Below are positions 1-11,120 of a DNA stretch of 64,000 nt, in pieces. Both the position numbers and the translations under genes were made by a program. The DNA is taken from the NCBI GenBank assembly GCA_043228905.1, contig JBHGNT010000012.1, positions 5,394,001-5,458,000 on the forward strand. Direction: 5' to 3'. The stretch is from Azolla caroliniana. Taxonomy: Eukaryota; Plantae; Polypodiophyta. The notes under the pieces are model-generated. The model was not told the origin of the DNA. It searched no databases and saw only the letters and a program-made list of their open reading frames with translations. Within the stretch, counting starts at the first letter, position 1; each line of letters begins with the position of its first letter.

Positions 1-289
1 CTTTCATCTTAAAATATGTATATCACGTGTATAATGTATTGAAACATAGGTAACCATTTATCCATGGACAATAAAGATAACTGGTATTTACTATATAGTA
101 TTCAAATTACAAGTATCTTTGCAAATTGGTTTTCAAGTATTTGATGTATTCAACGTATTCAAAACGTACTCAACGTAATTTACCTTTAAATACGTATTCT
201 AAGAGCTTATAAATTATTTTTAGAATACTTATAAAATATGTAGCATACGCATTGTACGCATACGGTATGCTATGTATGTTACAACCATG
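1..289. mobile_element. Right end of an AT-rich hAT-like non-autonomous element interrupting Copia RT
   Basis: AT-rich tract with repeated CGTATT/CATACG motifs, ending ...TTACAACCATG (reverse complement CATGGTTGTAA, a hAT-like end). Copia RT coding (…WNSKIT) resumes at 290. The left end and TSD are outside the window. Confidence 0.4.
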
Positions 290-3216
290 GCGTGATCTTC
301 GAATTCCAAGCACAGGGGGCTTGCTTCAAGCCGTAAAGTGACTTCTTGAGTCAGCTGACTGCCGACTTGTTCATCTTTGACTGAAAACCAGGGGGTTGGA
401 TCATGTAGACTTGTTCTTCAAGGCCACCCTGAAGAAATGCATTCTTCACGTCAATTTGGTGAAGATGCCATCCCCTTGCCATAACAACCGTTAGTACCAC
501 ACGAACGGTCGTCATCTTCTCTACCGGAGCGAAGGTCTCATCGTAGTCGATTCTGTGCGTCTGCACATATCCTTTGACCACTAACCGGGCCTTGTACCTG
601 TTGACCAAATTGTCAGCATTATACTTTACCTTGTACACCCATTTGCAACCGATCGGTTTGCAATGTCGGGGAGGGTCAAACAGGTCCCATGTGTTGTTGA
701 CATCGAGTGCCCGCATCTCTCCCTCCATCGCGGCACGCCAATGCGCGTCCTTTGCCGCTTCTGCATAGCTCTCCGGCTCACACACCTCCGCCACTTTTGT
801 CATGTACGCATAGTGATGCGCCATGTACTCATTATAACCATACCGCTTCACGGGGTTCTTCCAGCGGGTGGATCGGTGTAACTTCTCGTTAGCCAATTTC
901 AAGGCCCACTTGGCCATCTCAGACTTCATCTTTGTTTTGTTCGTAGTCGGATTCACTCTGATCCGATTCGTCTCTGCCGATGGTGTATTCCAACATCTTC
1001 TTCTTCCCCTTTTCTTTGCGCGTGAACCGTCTCCTCAGTTCCTTGCAAGGCGAGAGCATTGTCGAGTCTCCACTGTTCGCCGACTCTTCATTTGACTGGT
1101 CATTCTTACTCACTCGCTCATTCGGCCCACTTAGCCGGAATGAGATCGGACTCTCATCTAGATTACCACATCCTTCTTCATCTTCTGCCCGGATCGTTTC
1201 GGGCTTAGTGGCCTCATCCTCTAGAATGGGGTCGGGGTCGGAGGTTGGAGTCAGTAGAGAGCACCAGGATGCCAACTCGTCAAACTCGACATCTCGGCTT
1301 ACTTGTACTTGCTTGGTTTGGGGGTTGTAGCACTTATACCCCTTCTGTTCTTGTGAGTAGCTGAAAAAAATGCACATCTCCGACTTAGGGTCCAACTTTC
1401 TATGTTTCTCATCCGGCACATACACATATGCTATGCTACCGAATATCCTAAGGTGCCTTAAATTCGGCTTCCGCCCGAAATACAGCTCATGTTCTTACAC
1501 CTTCTCCCCGATCCGGTTTTGAATGTAAACAGTCATCCGGACCGCATCGGCCTAGTAGAACTTGGGCATGCTCTTCTCTTCCAGCATTGCCCATGCTGCC
1601 TCCACAATCGACCAATTCTTTTGTTCGGCCACACCGTTTTGTCCCGGTGTGTATCGGCAGCTGAATTCCCTCCGAATTCCTTTTTGCTGCAAATAACTGT
1701 TGAATTGGCCGGAAAAATATTCTTTTCCGCCATCCGACCACAGGCACTTGATCTTCCTCTCTGTTTCCCGTTCTACAAGATTTTGCAGGTTCCGGAAACA
1801 GTCGAAAACTTCGCTTTTCCAAGTTTCAATCAGGTAGATCCATGTGTGTTGGCTGTAGTCGTCGATAAAGGAGACAAAATATCAGCTCTCACCAAGACTA
1901 ACGTTCTGTGTCGGTCCCCACACATCCAAATGTATCAACTCGAGCTTGTTACGGCTCCAGTTTCTTTCGGTGGGGAACAAAAACCGATGTTGCTTCCCGA
2001 GTTCGCAGGCTTCACAAATTGGGGCCATTGAATTTCGGCAATCCGAAAACCACCTGTTTCGATTGCAGATCTTGAAACCTCTAATAGTTGACGTGACCGA
2101 TCTGCCTATGCCACAAGTCGATATCCCACTCGACTTTTTGTCCTTTTGCGAACAAAGTGGTGCCAATGTCGTTAGTGTCGAGGATGAACATCCTCCCATC
2201 CCGGCGCCCTTGCGCAATGATCCGGCCCTCTTCCTCAATGAAGCACCCGAGATGCGTAAATCGCACCTGCATCCCCTGGTCGACGATTTTCCCGACCGAC
2301 ACCACGTTCTTTGTGATTGTCGGGATGTGAAGCACATTCATAACCTTCCCTTGTTGTCCGACATGACTCAAGGGGACTTCTTCGACATGCACTATCGGGT
2401 GAGGAGTGTTGTCTTCGGTTTCGACAACTCCCGGTTGCTCCAGCTTTTCCAGAAATGAGAACCACTCTTCGTGGCTCGTCATGTGGTTAGACGCTCCAGA
2501 GTCAACGTACCACACTTCTTCCGATCCAGAAGTGGTCTTCTTCATTGAGTTCACCTTGTGCTTCATTACAAAGGCTGGCCCTTTTCCGGTCTTAGCGGTT
2601 TTGGATCCTTTCGATCCTTCTACGTAGTGTGAGCTTTGTCGGTTCCCTTGTCTGGTCTTGCCGGATCCGGATTTATAGGAATTGGCACATTTCTTCCAGC
2701 ACTCGCTTTCCCAGTGGCCCTTCTTGCGACAATACTAGCATTCTGTTTCAGTCTTTGATTGCCAGTTTCCGGCGCCGTTTTGACTCCCCTTGCTTGTGGA
2801 GGGTCCAGAATTGCTATCGGCATTATCTCCGTGCCTCCGATTCTACTTTTGCCGGCCGTCGCTATTGCGTGTCGACCCACCTCATCCTCCATGCCCAAGG
2901 GCCGATCCACCTCCATGTAGAACATCCGATTGTCCGATTGAGTGGTCCTTGACCCACTCGCGTGGTTTTCTTCGACCATCAGCATAGATTGCAGGTTGAA
3001 GAAGGATAGTGGTTTCTCTCAGGTGCAAATCATTGTCCGGATTGGCCCGTACCGTTGTGTTAGACCACCAAGGCAGATTTGGACCATCTCTTCCTCGTCC
3101 TCGTCCACCGTCACATTGATGGAACCGAGCGTGTCACAAATCTCCTTGATCTTGGTGGTGTAGTTGATGACGAACATGTCTCATTGCCGGATATTGTTGA
3201 GCTCTTGCCAGAGTTG
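290..3216 (-). mobile_element. Degenerate Ty1/Copia internal region (gag-PR-IN-RT), family A
   Basis: Broken minus-strand ORFs carry WYVDSGASNHMT (PR), CEACELGKQHR/LIHLDVWGP (IN), YKCYNP and EPESYAEA...IGCKWVYK...LHQIDVKNAFL (RT). There are many stops and frameshifts. Confidence 0.92.
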
Positions 3217-3749
3217 TGTTGAGCGGATAAGCTCAACTGGATCCGGATACGCCCTCATTTTTCGACTTACAATCGATGCTCCTAGTAGAGGAGAACCACG
3301 CGGGTGCGTCAAGGAGCACGCACACCGACAATAGGATGTTGTACACGGAGGCGGATCGGCCCCATGGTCGTGGCGGACGAGGTGGATTGGCACATAGTGG
3401 AAGCGGCCAACAAGAGCTGAACCGGAGGCACAAGGATGGTGCTGACAACAGTTCCGGACCCTCCACAAGTAGGGGGAGTCAAAGCGGTGCCAGAAACTTG
3501 CAAGAGAGGACCACCATAGAATGTTGGTACTGTGGCCAGAAGGACCACACAGAGAGTGAGTGTTGGAAGAAGCACGCCGATTCGGATAAATACGGATCCG
3601 GTAAAAAGCCGGACAATGGAACCGACAAAGCTCGCACTACGTTGAAGGATCGGAAGGATCCGGAACCGGTAAGACTAGAAAAGGGCCGGCCTTCGTGATG
3701 AAGCACAAGGCGAACTCAATGAAGAAGAACACTTCCGGATCGGAGGAAT
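3217..3749 (+). mobile_element. Truncated family-A Copia copy: about 32 bp of LTR start fused to the gag C-terminus
   Basis: TGTTGAGCGGATAAGCTCAACTGGATCCGGAT matches the LTR start at 57874. It then jumps to gag TPSFFDLQSMLLVEENH and the zinc knuckle CWYCGQKDHTESEC. Confidence 0.75.
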
Positions 3750-3884
3750 TGTTGAGATACAAGCTCAACATTGGGTGTGTAGATTGGGTGCGTAAACCGG
3801 GTGCGCAACGAGAGGCCGTAGCGGTGTGTAAACTGGGAGGCCGTTTGATAGATATTCCGCATAGGAATATATTTTGGGAGTTAG

Positions 3885-4079
3885 TGTCGAATACAAGTGT
3901 ATAATGGACGTATTCACACTATCCCTTTGTATAGCCCAAGTTTGGGGCATTTGTGTAATTAGCATAAAGGGTAGTTGCCCTAAGTCGGTCACTATATATA
4001 GTGACCTTGTAACCCTTTTGTAAGGTTGGGTGTTGTATTATTGTTTCTATTGAATAGAAAGTCTTTTGTGTGTGTGTGT

Positions 4080-4125
<46 letters not shown>

Positions 4126-4211
4126 AACGACCTAGAAACTGTCATACGCAGGTATTCAAACACCAATCGAATGCTTCTTGATCTTCCGCATAGACGACCT
4201 CGTCCCCAACA
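3885..4211 (+). repeat. 5' LTR of young Copia (327 bp)
   Basis: Direct repeat of 9107-9439. Contains (TG)8(TC)19. Confidence 0.97.
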
Positions 4212-4908
4212 TCTGGTATCAGAGCCTGCACAGTAGTCGGTCCTTCAATCTGCTGTCGGCCGTCGTCTCAGCCTGCACAGCATTCGGTTTCCTGCGTCAT
4301 TCGAAGAAGAGAGAAGAAGAAGAAAAACGAGGCTTGCATCTCATCGCGTTAGATCATTTTCGCTTGGAGTAAGCCAGCAGGTTGTACTCTGTTCCTTGTG
4401 ATCGTAACCGCTCGAGGTGAAATCCCCTTGTGCAACATTGACACGATCGTGCTCCACTCGGTTAAACGGCATCCGAAGAGGTCATCAAACGCTGCTCGCC
4501 GCTCATTGTAACCACTCGGTGCAGATCGGTCTCAAGACAACAACCCCAAATTCGTGCTTCATCTGGCTGATCAACATTCGGGAGGATCAGTTGGATCCGT
4601 CTCTCTCGTTGCTGCAGTCAACCGAAGCAGAATTGGTCCAGATAATCGGTTTCAATAATCGGTATTCGGCATATATATCCGAAGCGAACCGGGCTCACTC
4701 CGACTCGGCAACATTCGGGAAGACCAGTCGGTTCTGTCCCTCAAGTTACCGGAGTCAATTCGAGCAAGTTCAACAATACATATATCCGAAGCCGAACCGA
4801 CTCGGGTTCAAATCCGACTAGAACGATATCGGGTGAGCCAACCGGCTGCACTCCAACAAGGTTCGTAGTCAACTCCGAACCGAGCTTCGTCAACCGAAAC
4901 CAAATTTG

Positions 4909-7900
4909 ATGGCATCAACATCCGGCTTGTCAGAAATGAGTCTACGAAAGTTCGATGGATCGAACTTCAACTTCTGGAAGGAGCAAATGCAGGACTATCT
5001 CATAGTTAAGGGGCAAATCGATCCCATCGAAAATGAAGAACCTCCAGAAGGATACAAACCAATTGAGTGGCAGAAGCTGGACAGAATCGTCCGCGCCACG
5101 ATTCGGATGCACCTATCAGAATCGGTATACTTTACGGTGCAATCGTGTACGACAGCATTCGAACTGTGGAAAACACTGTCGGACACTTACGAAAAGAAGG
5201 TCGCCGCAACAAAGATGTTTCTGATCCGGCGCCTCTACAACTTGCGGATGAAAGAATCCGACTCGGTTCAAGCACACCTCAATGAGTACGAAAGCATAAG
5301 CTCCCAAATCTCGTCACAGGGGACGGCAATCGAGGATGAACTCAGAGCAATGATACTCATGAGTAGCCTTCCCTCATCATGGGAAACTTTCGTCACAACC
5401 GTGTGCAACGCGTCAACCACGGCTGTTAAATACTCCGAAGTCACGAGCGCAATCCTGACCGAAGCAGCTCGGAGAAAGTCTTTCGCCAAAGACTCAACAG
5501 ACGACGCTTATGTAGTACAAGGTTCGACAGACCGATCGAACATACGAGGAAGAGATTCCTCACGACCGCCGAACAATCAGCGAAGACGGAGCCAATCACG
5601 GGATAACCGAATCTGCAACTATTGCAAGAAACCCGGACACATCAAAGCCGACTGCCGCGCACTCAAGAACAAGAAGAGTGGCCGGCATGAGGAGATCAAT
5701 TACGTCAGCTTCTCAGCTGATGTGCTACCAGACGACCCGAATATACTATCAATCGAAAATCCAGTCGGATCAGAAGTCCTACTCACGACTGAAGAGTCGA
5801 GCACATGGCTCTTAGATTCGGGCGCGTCATTTCACGTGACTCCTCATCGATCCCAATTTCGGCAATATACGATCCGTCACTCCGACTCAGTTCGAGTCGG
5901 CAACTCACAACACTGTGACATCATCGGAATCGGCACAGTAGAGCTCAACCTTGCAGGTGGCTCTACACTTGTACTCCACAATGTCCGACATGTACCCGAG
6001 CTCTCAAGGCCATTGATCTCAGTCGGACAACTAGATGAAGACGGCATTCGTGCCGGTTTTTCTTCGGGAGGGTGGACACTCCACAGGGGGAACCTCCTGC
6101 TTGCTAGAGGACCCAAGATACACTCACTGTATCCGTTACATGTTACGCTCAGAGAGGGTAACCTGTTTTTGGTGGATATTCCTGTGTCATCACTATGGCA
6201 CAGAAGATTAGGACACCTCAGCAAGGCCGGCATTACGCATCTATCTAGAGCCGGATACATCCCTAAACTCTCCTTCTCCGACCATCAATTCTGCGAGCAT
6301 TGCCAGTATGGCAAACAAGCAGCCGCATCACACCCGACATCAGCACCAAGAGAAACGAGACCTCTCGATTTGGTCCACTCGGACGTCTGTGGCCCAATGC
6401 CGCATCAGTCTCTCGGCGGTGCCTCTTACTTCGTCACTTTTATTGACGATTCGACTCGAAAGGTGTGGGCTTATCCGATTCGCACCAAAGATCGGGTCTT
6501 CTCGATCTTCTCAGATTGGCTCGCTATGGTAGAAAATCAAACCGACCAAAAACTGAAATGCTTTCGGACCGACAATGGGGGAGAGTTCAAATCAGAAGAA
6601 TTCGTCAAATTCTGCCGACAACGCGGCATCCGACGTGAATTTACGGCACCACACAGTCCGGAGCAAAACGGGATTGCAGAACGAATGAATCGGACAATCC
6701 AAGAAAGGATAGTTTCCATGCTCCAACACTCCGGACTGTCGGATGGCTTCTGGGCAGAGGCTCTACTCACGGCAGTACACATAATCAATATGTCGCCAAG
6801 TAGACCTCTAGGACTTCAAATTCCTCAGGAACTATGGATCGGCAGTAAGCCGAATTACGACAAGCTGAGGATCTTCGGATGCGAGGCGTACGCCCTTATT
6901 CCGAAAGATGATCGCCGAAAACTTGCACCTCAGTCCAGGAAATGCATTTTCCTTGGATATGGATCCGACGGCGAAATGGGATACCGACTCTGGGATCCCG
7001 AACGCAGACAAATCGTCCGAAGTTCGGACGTTGTGTTCAACGAGTCGGCTATGAATCCATCAGTCGAAAAACCGATCGAAGTCCGAAGGGTAACATTTTC
7101 CGATGTGCCGACCCTTCAAGAAGGCCCCGCTCTCAACACACGGTCAGCTTCACGGGTAGCTGAACCTTACACTACCGACTCGGACAACTCCGACTCGGCA
7201 CAGCAGAACAATCCGCTTTCGGACCATCCGACCACGATACCCGATGCGACCAGCCCAATCATACCTCGACGATCCGAGAGACTGTCGCAACCTCCGGAGA
7301 GGTACTCTCCTGGAATTTTCTTCACCGACGCCGGCGAACCGACGTATTAGGAAGAAGCATCGACATCTGTCGATTCAGCCACTTGGCATCTGGCGATGGA
7401 GTCGGAAATGCACTCCATTCGGGCAAACAAGACTTGGGATCTGGTCGAATTACCTAAGAACCGACGTGCTCTTCCTTGCAAGTGGGTTTATCGACTAAAA
7501 GAGACGTCTGATTCGACCACCCCAAAGTACAAGGCCAGATTAGTTGCGAAGGGCTTCCGACAAGAATATGGCGTCGACTTCGACGAGATTTTTTCACCAG
7601 TGGTGAAAATGACAACCCTTCGTTTTCTACTCGGCGTAGTGGCAGCCGACAACTTGGAGCTGATTCAGCTAGATGTCAAAACAGCCTTCCTCCATGGTGA
7701 TCTCGAGGAGGAAATCTATATGGAGCAGCCAAAAGGCTTCGTGGCAACTGGCCAAGAACATCTAGTCTGCCGACTCAGGAAGAGTCTATACGGCCTCAAA
7801 CAGGCACCACGACAATGGTACAAGAAGTTCGACGACTTCATCCAATCGATCGGCTTCTCCAAAAGCGATGAGGACCATTGTCTCTTCACCAACACAGCTC

Positions 7901-8913
7901 AAGATGGATCACCCATCTTCCTCATCATTTACGTGGACGACATGCTAATTTCTGGACGCCACGCGGGCGAACTTGCCGATCTCATTCGGCAACTGCGGTT
8001 GAAGTTTGCCATGAAGGACCTCGGTCCGGCACACCACATACTCGGCATGAAGATTAGTCGGCATCACGATAAACGACATCTTTTTTTGTCTCAGACCGAC
8101 TATATCCGACGTGTCTTGGAACGCTTCAACATGCAATCAGCCAAATCTGCTTCAACCCCGCTCCCAATGAATCTTCGGCTCTCTCAGCGAGACTGCCCGA
8201 CATCCGGTCCGGAGGGGGAAGATATGAAGTCGGTACCGTATGCACCGGCAGTCGGCTCCCTTATGTACCTGATGGTCGCGACACGGCCTGATATTTCTCA
8301 TGCCGTAGGAGTCGTTAGCAGATTTATGCACAATCCTGGCCGATCGCATTGGAACGCAGTCAAGCATGTGTTCAGATATCTGGCTGGCACAAAAGACCAC
8401 GGCATTCTTTTCGGTCCGAACCGAACCTCAGGCGTAGTCGGATACACCGACTCGGATTTCGGCGGCTGTATAGACAGTCGGAAATCAACAACCGGATACT
8501 GCTTCAAATTCGGCAATGGAGCAATCTCGTGGAAGTCGAAACTTCAGGAGTGCACAGCGACCTCAACGACCGAAGCAGAATATGTAGCTACGTCCGACGC
8601 AGCAAAAGAAGCTTTGTGGCTCGGTCGGCTGGCGCACACGTTTCGACAAGTCGACCATGACTCGGCTCCAGTTGTCTACAGCGACAGTCAAGGTGTTGTT
8701 GCCTTGTCGAAAAATCCGGTTCACCACAACGCCTCCAAACATATCGACGTTCGATATCACTTCGTTCGGGACTGCGTCATTTCAGGGAAAATCGGTCTAG
8801 AGAAAATATCCACAACCGACAATGTCGCAGATGGAATGACCAAGTGTCTTTCGGCAGACCGCTTTCGGTCTCTTCGGCATCAGATGGGCGTAACGACAAA
8901 CCAGTCCGGTTAG
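4909..8913 (+). CDS. Copia Gag-Pol polyprotein (gag, CCHC, PR, GAG-pre-IN, IN, RT, RNase H) with one in-frame TAG at 7348-7350
   Basis: ORFs 4906-7350 and 7396-8913 are in the same frame. Motifs: CNYCKKPGHIKADC, WLLDSGAS, LWHRRLGH, VHSDVCGP, RTDNGGEF, QLDVKTAFLHG, YVDDML, YTDSD, KHIDVRYHF. Confidence 0.93.
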
Positions 8914-9106
8914 AGCCGGACACAGAGCAGGATGGTTCCCGACAACCGACATCAGTTCCTTAATGATCGGCTTCAACTCTTCCGACCCGACTAGTTCGGT
9001 CTTCTGCCTTCGGACCCTGCCGACTCGAACAAAACTGATATGTCCGAGAACCTAGGTTTATACCTGTAATCTTAGATAACCCATGTATACGCCCATTACG
9101 GGGGAG

Positions 9107-9289
9107 TGTCGAATACAAGTGTATAATGGACGTATTCACACTATCCCTTTGTATAGCCCAAGTTTGGGGCATTTGTGTAATTAGCATAAAGGGTAGTTGC
9201 CCTAAGTCGGTCACTATATATAGTGACCTTGTAACCCTTTTGTAAGGTTGGGTGTTGTATTATTGTTTCTATTGAATAGAAAGTCTTTT

Positions 9290-9353
<64 letters not shown>

Positions 9354-9439
9354 AACGACCTAGAAACTGTCATACGCAGGTATTCAAACACCAATCGAAT
9401 GCTTCTTGATCTTCCGCATAGACGACCTCGTCCCCAACA
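9107..9439 (+). repeat. 3' LTR of young Copia (333 bp)
   Basis: Direct repeat of 3885-4211. Contains (TG)2(TC)28. Confidence 0.97.
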
Positions 9440-10224
9440 GTTAGGGTTGAGGCTCATTGATGAGCATTTAAGTACGTGTCAGTACTTCTATCAGTCCGTA
9501 TGGACTTGTATAAAAGTGCTCTCTGAGCACATCCTATGTACAGAGTTTTAGAGTATTGTTTTGGAATAGAGTTTTCTATGTTCTACTCTCTCTGTCTCTC
9601 CTACGTACGTTGTGTTGATTCAGCTTTCCATTAAACCTTCCTCATCCTCTTTGTCTTTTGTCTATTGTTACCCGGTTGTGTCTGTTAAGCTTCCGCACGT
9701 ATTCTTTTACATGGTATCAGAGCGCGAGGGTTGAGATCCTCTACTGCCGACAAACAGAAAAACCCTAATCACGGTGAAAAACAAAAGAAGAAAAGAATGG
9801 ACAGAGGAATGACTAGCTCGCTTCCGACGGAGAAGCTCGATAGAAGCAACTACACATCTTGGTCATACAAGACGCACCAGTACCTACTCCGGCATGGCTA
9901 GTGGAGTTATGTCGATGGAGCTAATGATGTAGCACCCGAATCGACACACATAAATTTCCCGGCCTGGGAATAGGCGACAAGCAAAGTTCTCTACTGCTTT
10001 GCATCCGGTGTGAGCGATCAGCTTCTGAGCTACATTTGGGATGCGAAGACACCAAAGGATGCTTGGGGAAATCTAAAAAAGATTTTTGCCGCGAGCACCA
10101 CAGCCAGAAAGCTCCAACTCAGGGAAGAGTTGAGCAATGTTCGACAACGAGATATGTCGGTGGCTGACTACACCTCCAAGATCAAGGACATCAGCGACTC
10201 TCTCGCCTTCGTCGATATAAACGT

Positions 10225-11082
10225 TGTCGTAGTGTAGGTTGCACACTATGTGGAAATTATATTTTTGTCCCTCCGGATAGAGAATGGAGTGCTCGGTGAG
10301 AACCGGAAGAAAACGGCATACCGGCAAGGAGGAAAACGGCATACCGGGAAGGAGGAAAAACGGCATACCGGGAAGGAGGAAAACGGCATACCGGGAAGGA
10401 GGAAAAACGGCATACCGGCAAGGAGGAAAAACGGCATACCGGCAAGGAAGAGCCGGATAAAGAGACATAAATGTAAAAAAGAAGGAAATACTCACTACTG
10501 CGCAAGGCGTGATTCGAACTCTGCACCTCCACGTTGACAAACTCCAACCTTACCATTACATTAACTTATCCTAAGTGTTCTAAATATAGATTTAATACGT
10601 ATAAGACCTTTATTTATGCATACCTTTATTAAAAGGTAAATCGTGTATTTTTTTTAATATATGAAAAAGACGAGACACTAAAAATAACTCATGCACATCT
10701 AGCGTGCATGAGCCCTATACTTAGGAAATAAAAAAAGCATCACATGAACACTTTTTGTAAAAAAAAAAGCATGAAGCCATGCTTAGCTCTTCCTTCCTTA
10801 TATAAGGAGGAGAGAAATATGTAAAAGGTTGTTGATTTTTTGGATTAAGAATTAATCAATACAAAAATTATTCGTGGGATTCACGATTTATACGTCTACT
10901 TCTCTCTTAACACCCTAAGTACCAATTAATATAGTATACTCGTGTGATTCACGAGTTTCTTATCTTTCTCTTTGCTATTTACTCATAATTAATCTCTATC
11001 TCACGAACTTTTTTCTCCTAGTCCAAGACCTCTGTGGTTCCCACCCGACTCACGCAACGATCCGGAGCCGAAAGGCACGACA
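10225..11082 (+). repeat. Gypsy 5' LTR
   Basis: Identical to 16750-17607. TATA-like CCTTATATAAGG at about 10796-10807. Confidence 0.97.
10309..10448 (+). repeat. Six tandem 23-24 bp units GAAAA(A)CGGCATACCGG(C/G)AAGGAG in U3 (also at 16834-16973)
   Basis: Directly visible tandem array with no spacers. Confidence 0.95.
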
Positions 11083-11086
11083 CAGT

Positions 11087-11104
11087 TGGTGAACCCGACG
11101 TGAA
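11087..11104 (+). promoter_or_regulatory. Primer-binding site complementary to tRNA-Trp
   Basis: TGGTGAACCCGACGTGAA is the reverse complement of the plant cytosolic tRNA-Trp 3' end (...TTCACGTCGGGTTCACCA, recalled from memory). It lies 4 nt after the LTR. Confidence 0.88.
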
Positions 11105-11120
11105 AACGGGTGGCAAGGAG

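Larger units (their letters stand above)
3885..9439 (+). mobile_element. Full-length young Ty1/Copia retrotransposon (Tnt1/Tork-like)
   Basis: LTRs 3885-4211 and 9107-9439 (TG...CA) are identical apart from a microsatellite. 5-bp TSD GTTAG (3880-3884, 9440-9444), PBS TGGTATCAGAGCC at 4214-4226, PPT ACGGGGGAG at 9098-9106. Confidence 0.98.

Noticed and set aside
4417-4821. 134-aa ORF in the Copia leader
   Set aside because: It has a GTG start, no recognisable domain and lies in the CCGA-rich 5' UTR.
10309-10448. CRISPR-like appearance of the 23-24 bp repeats
   Set aside because: There are no unique spacers, the array lies in both LTRs, the context is eukaryotic and no cas genes are present.
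10073-10556. 95-155 aa ORFs in the Gypsy LTR (duplicated at 16700-17081)
   Set aside because: They arise from the stop-poor tandem repeat and have no protein-like features.
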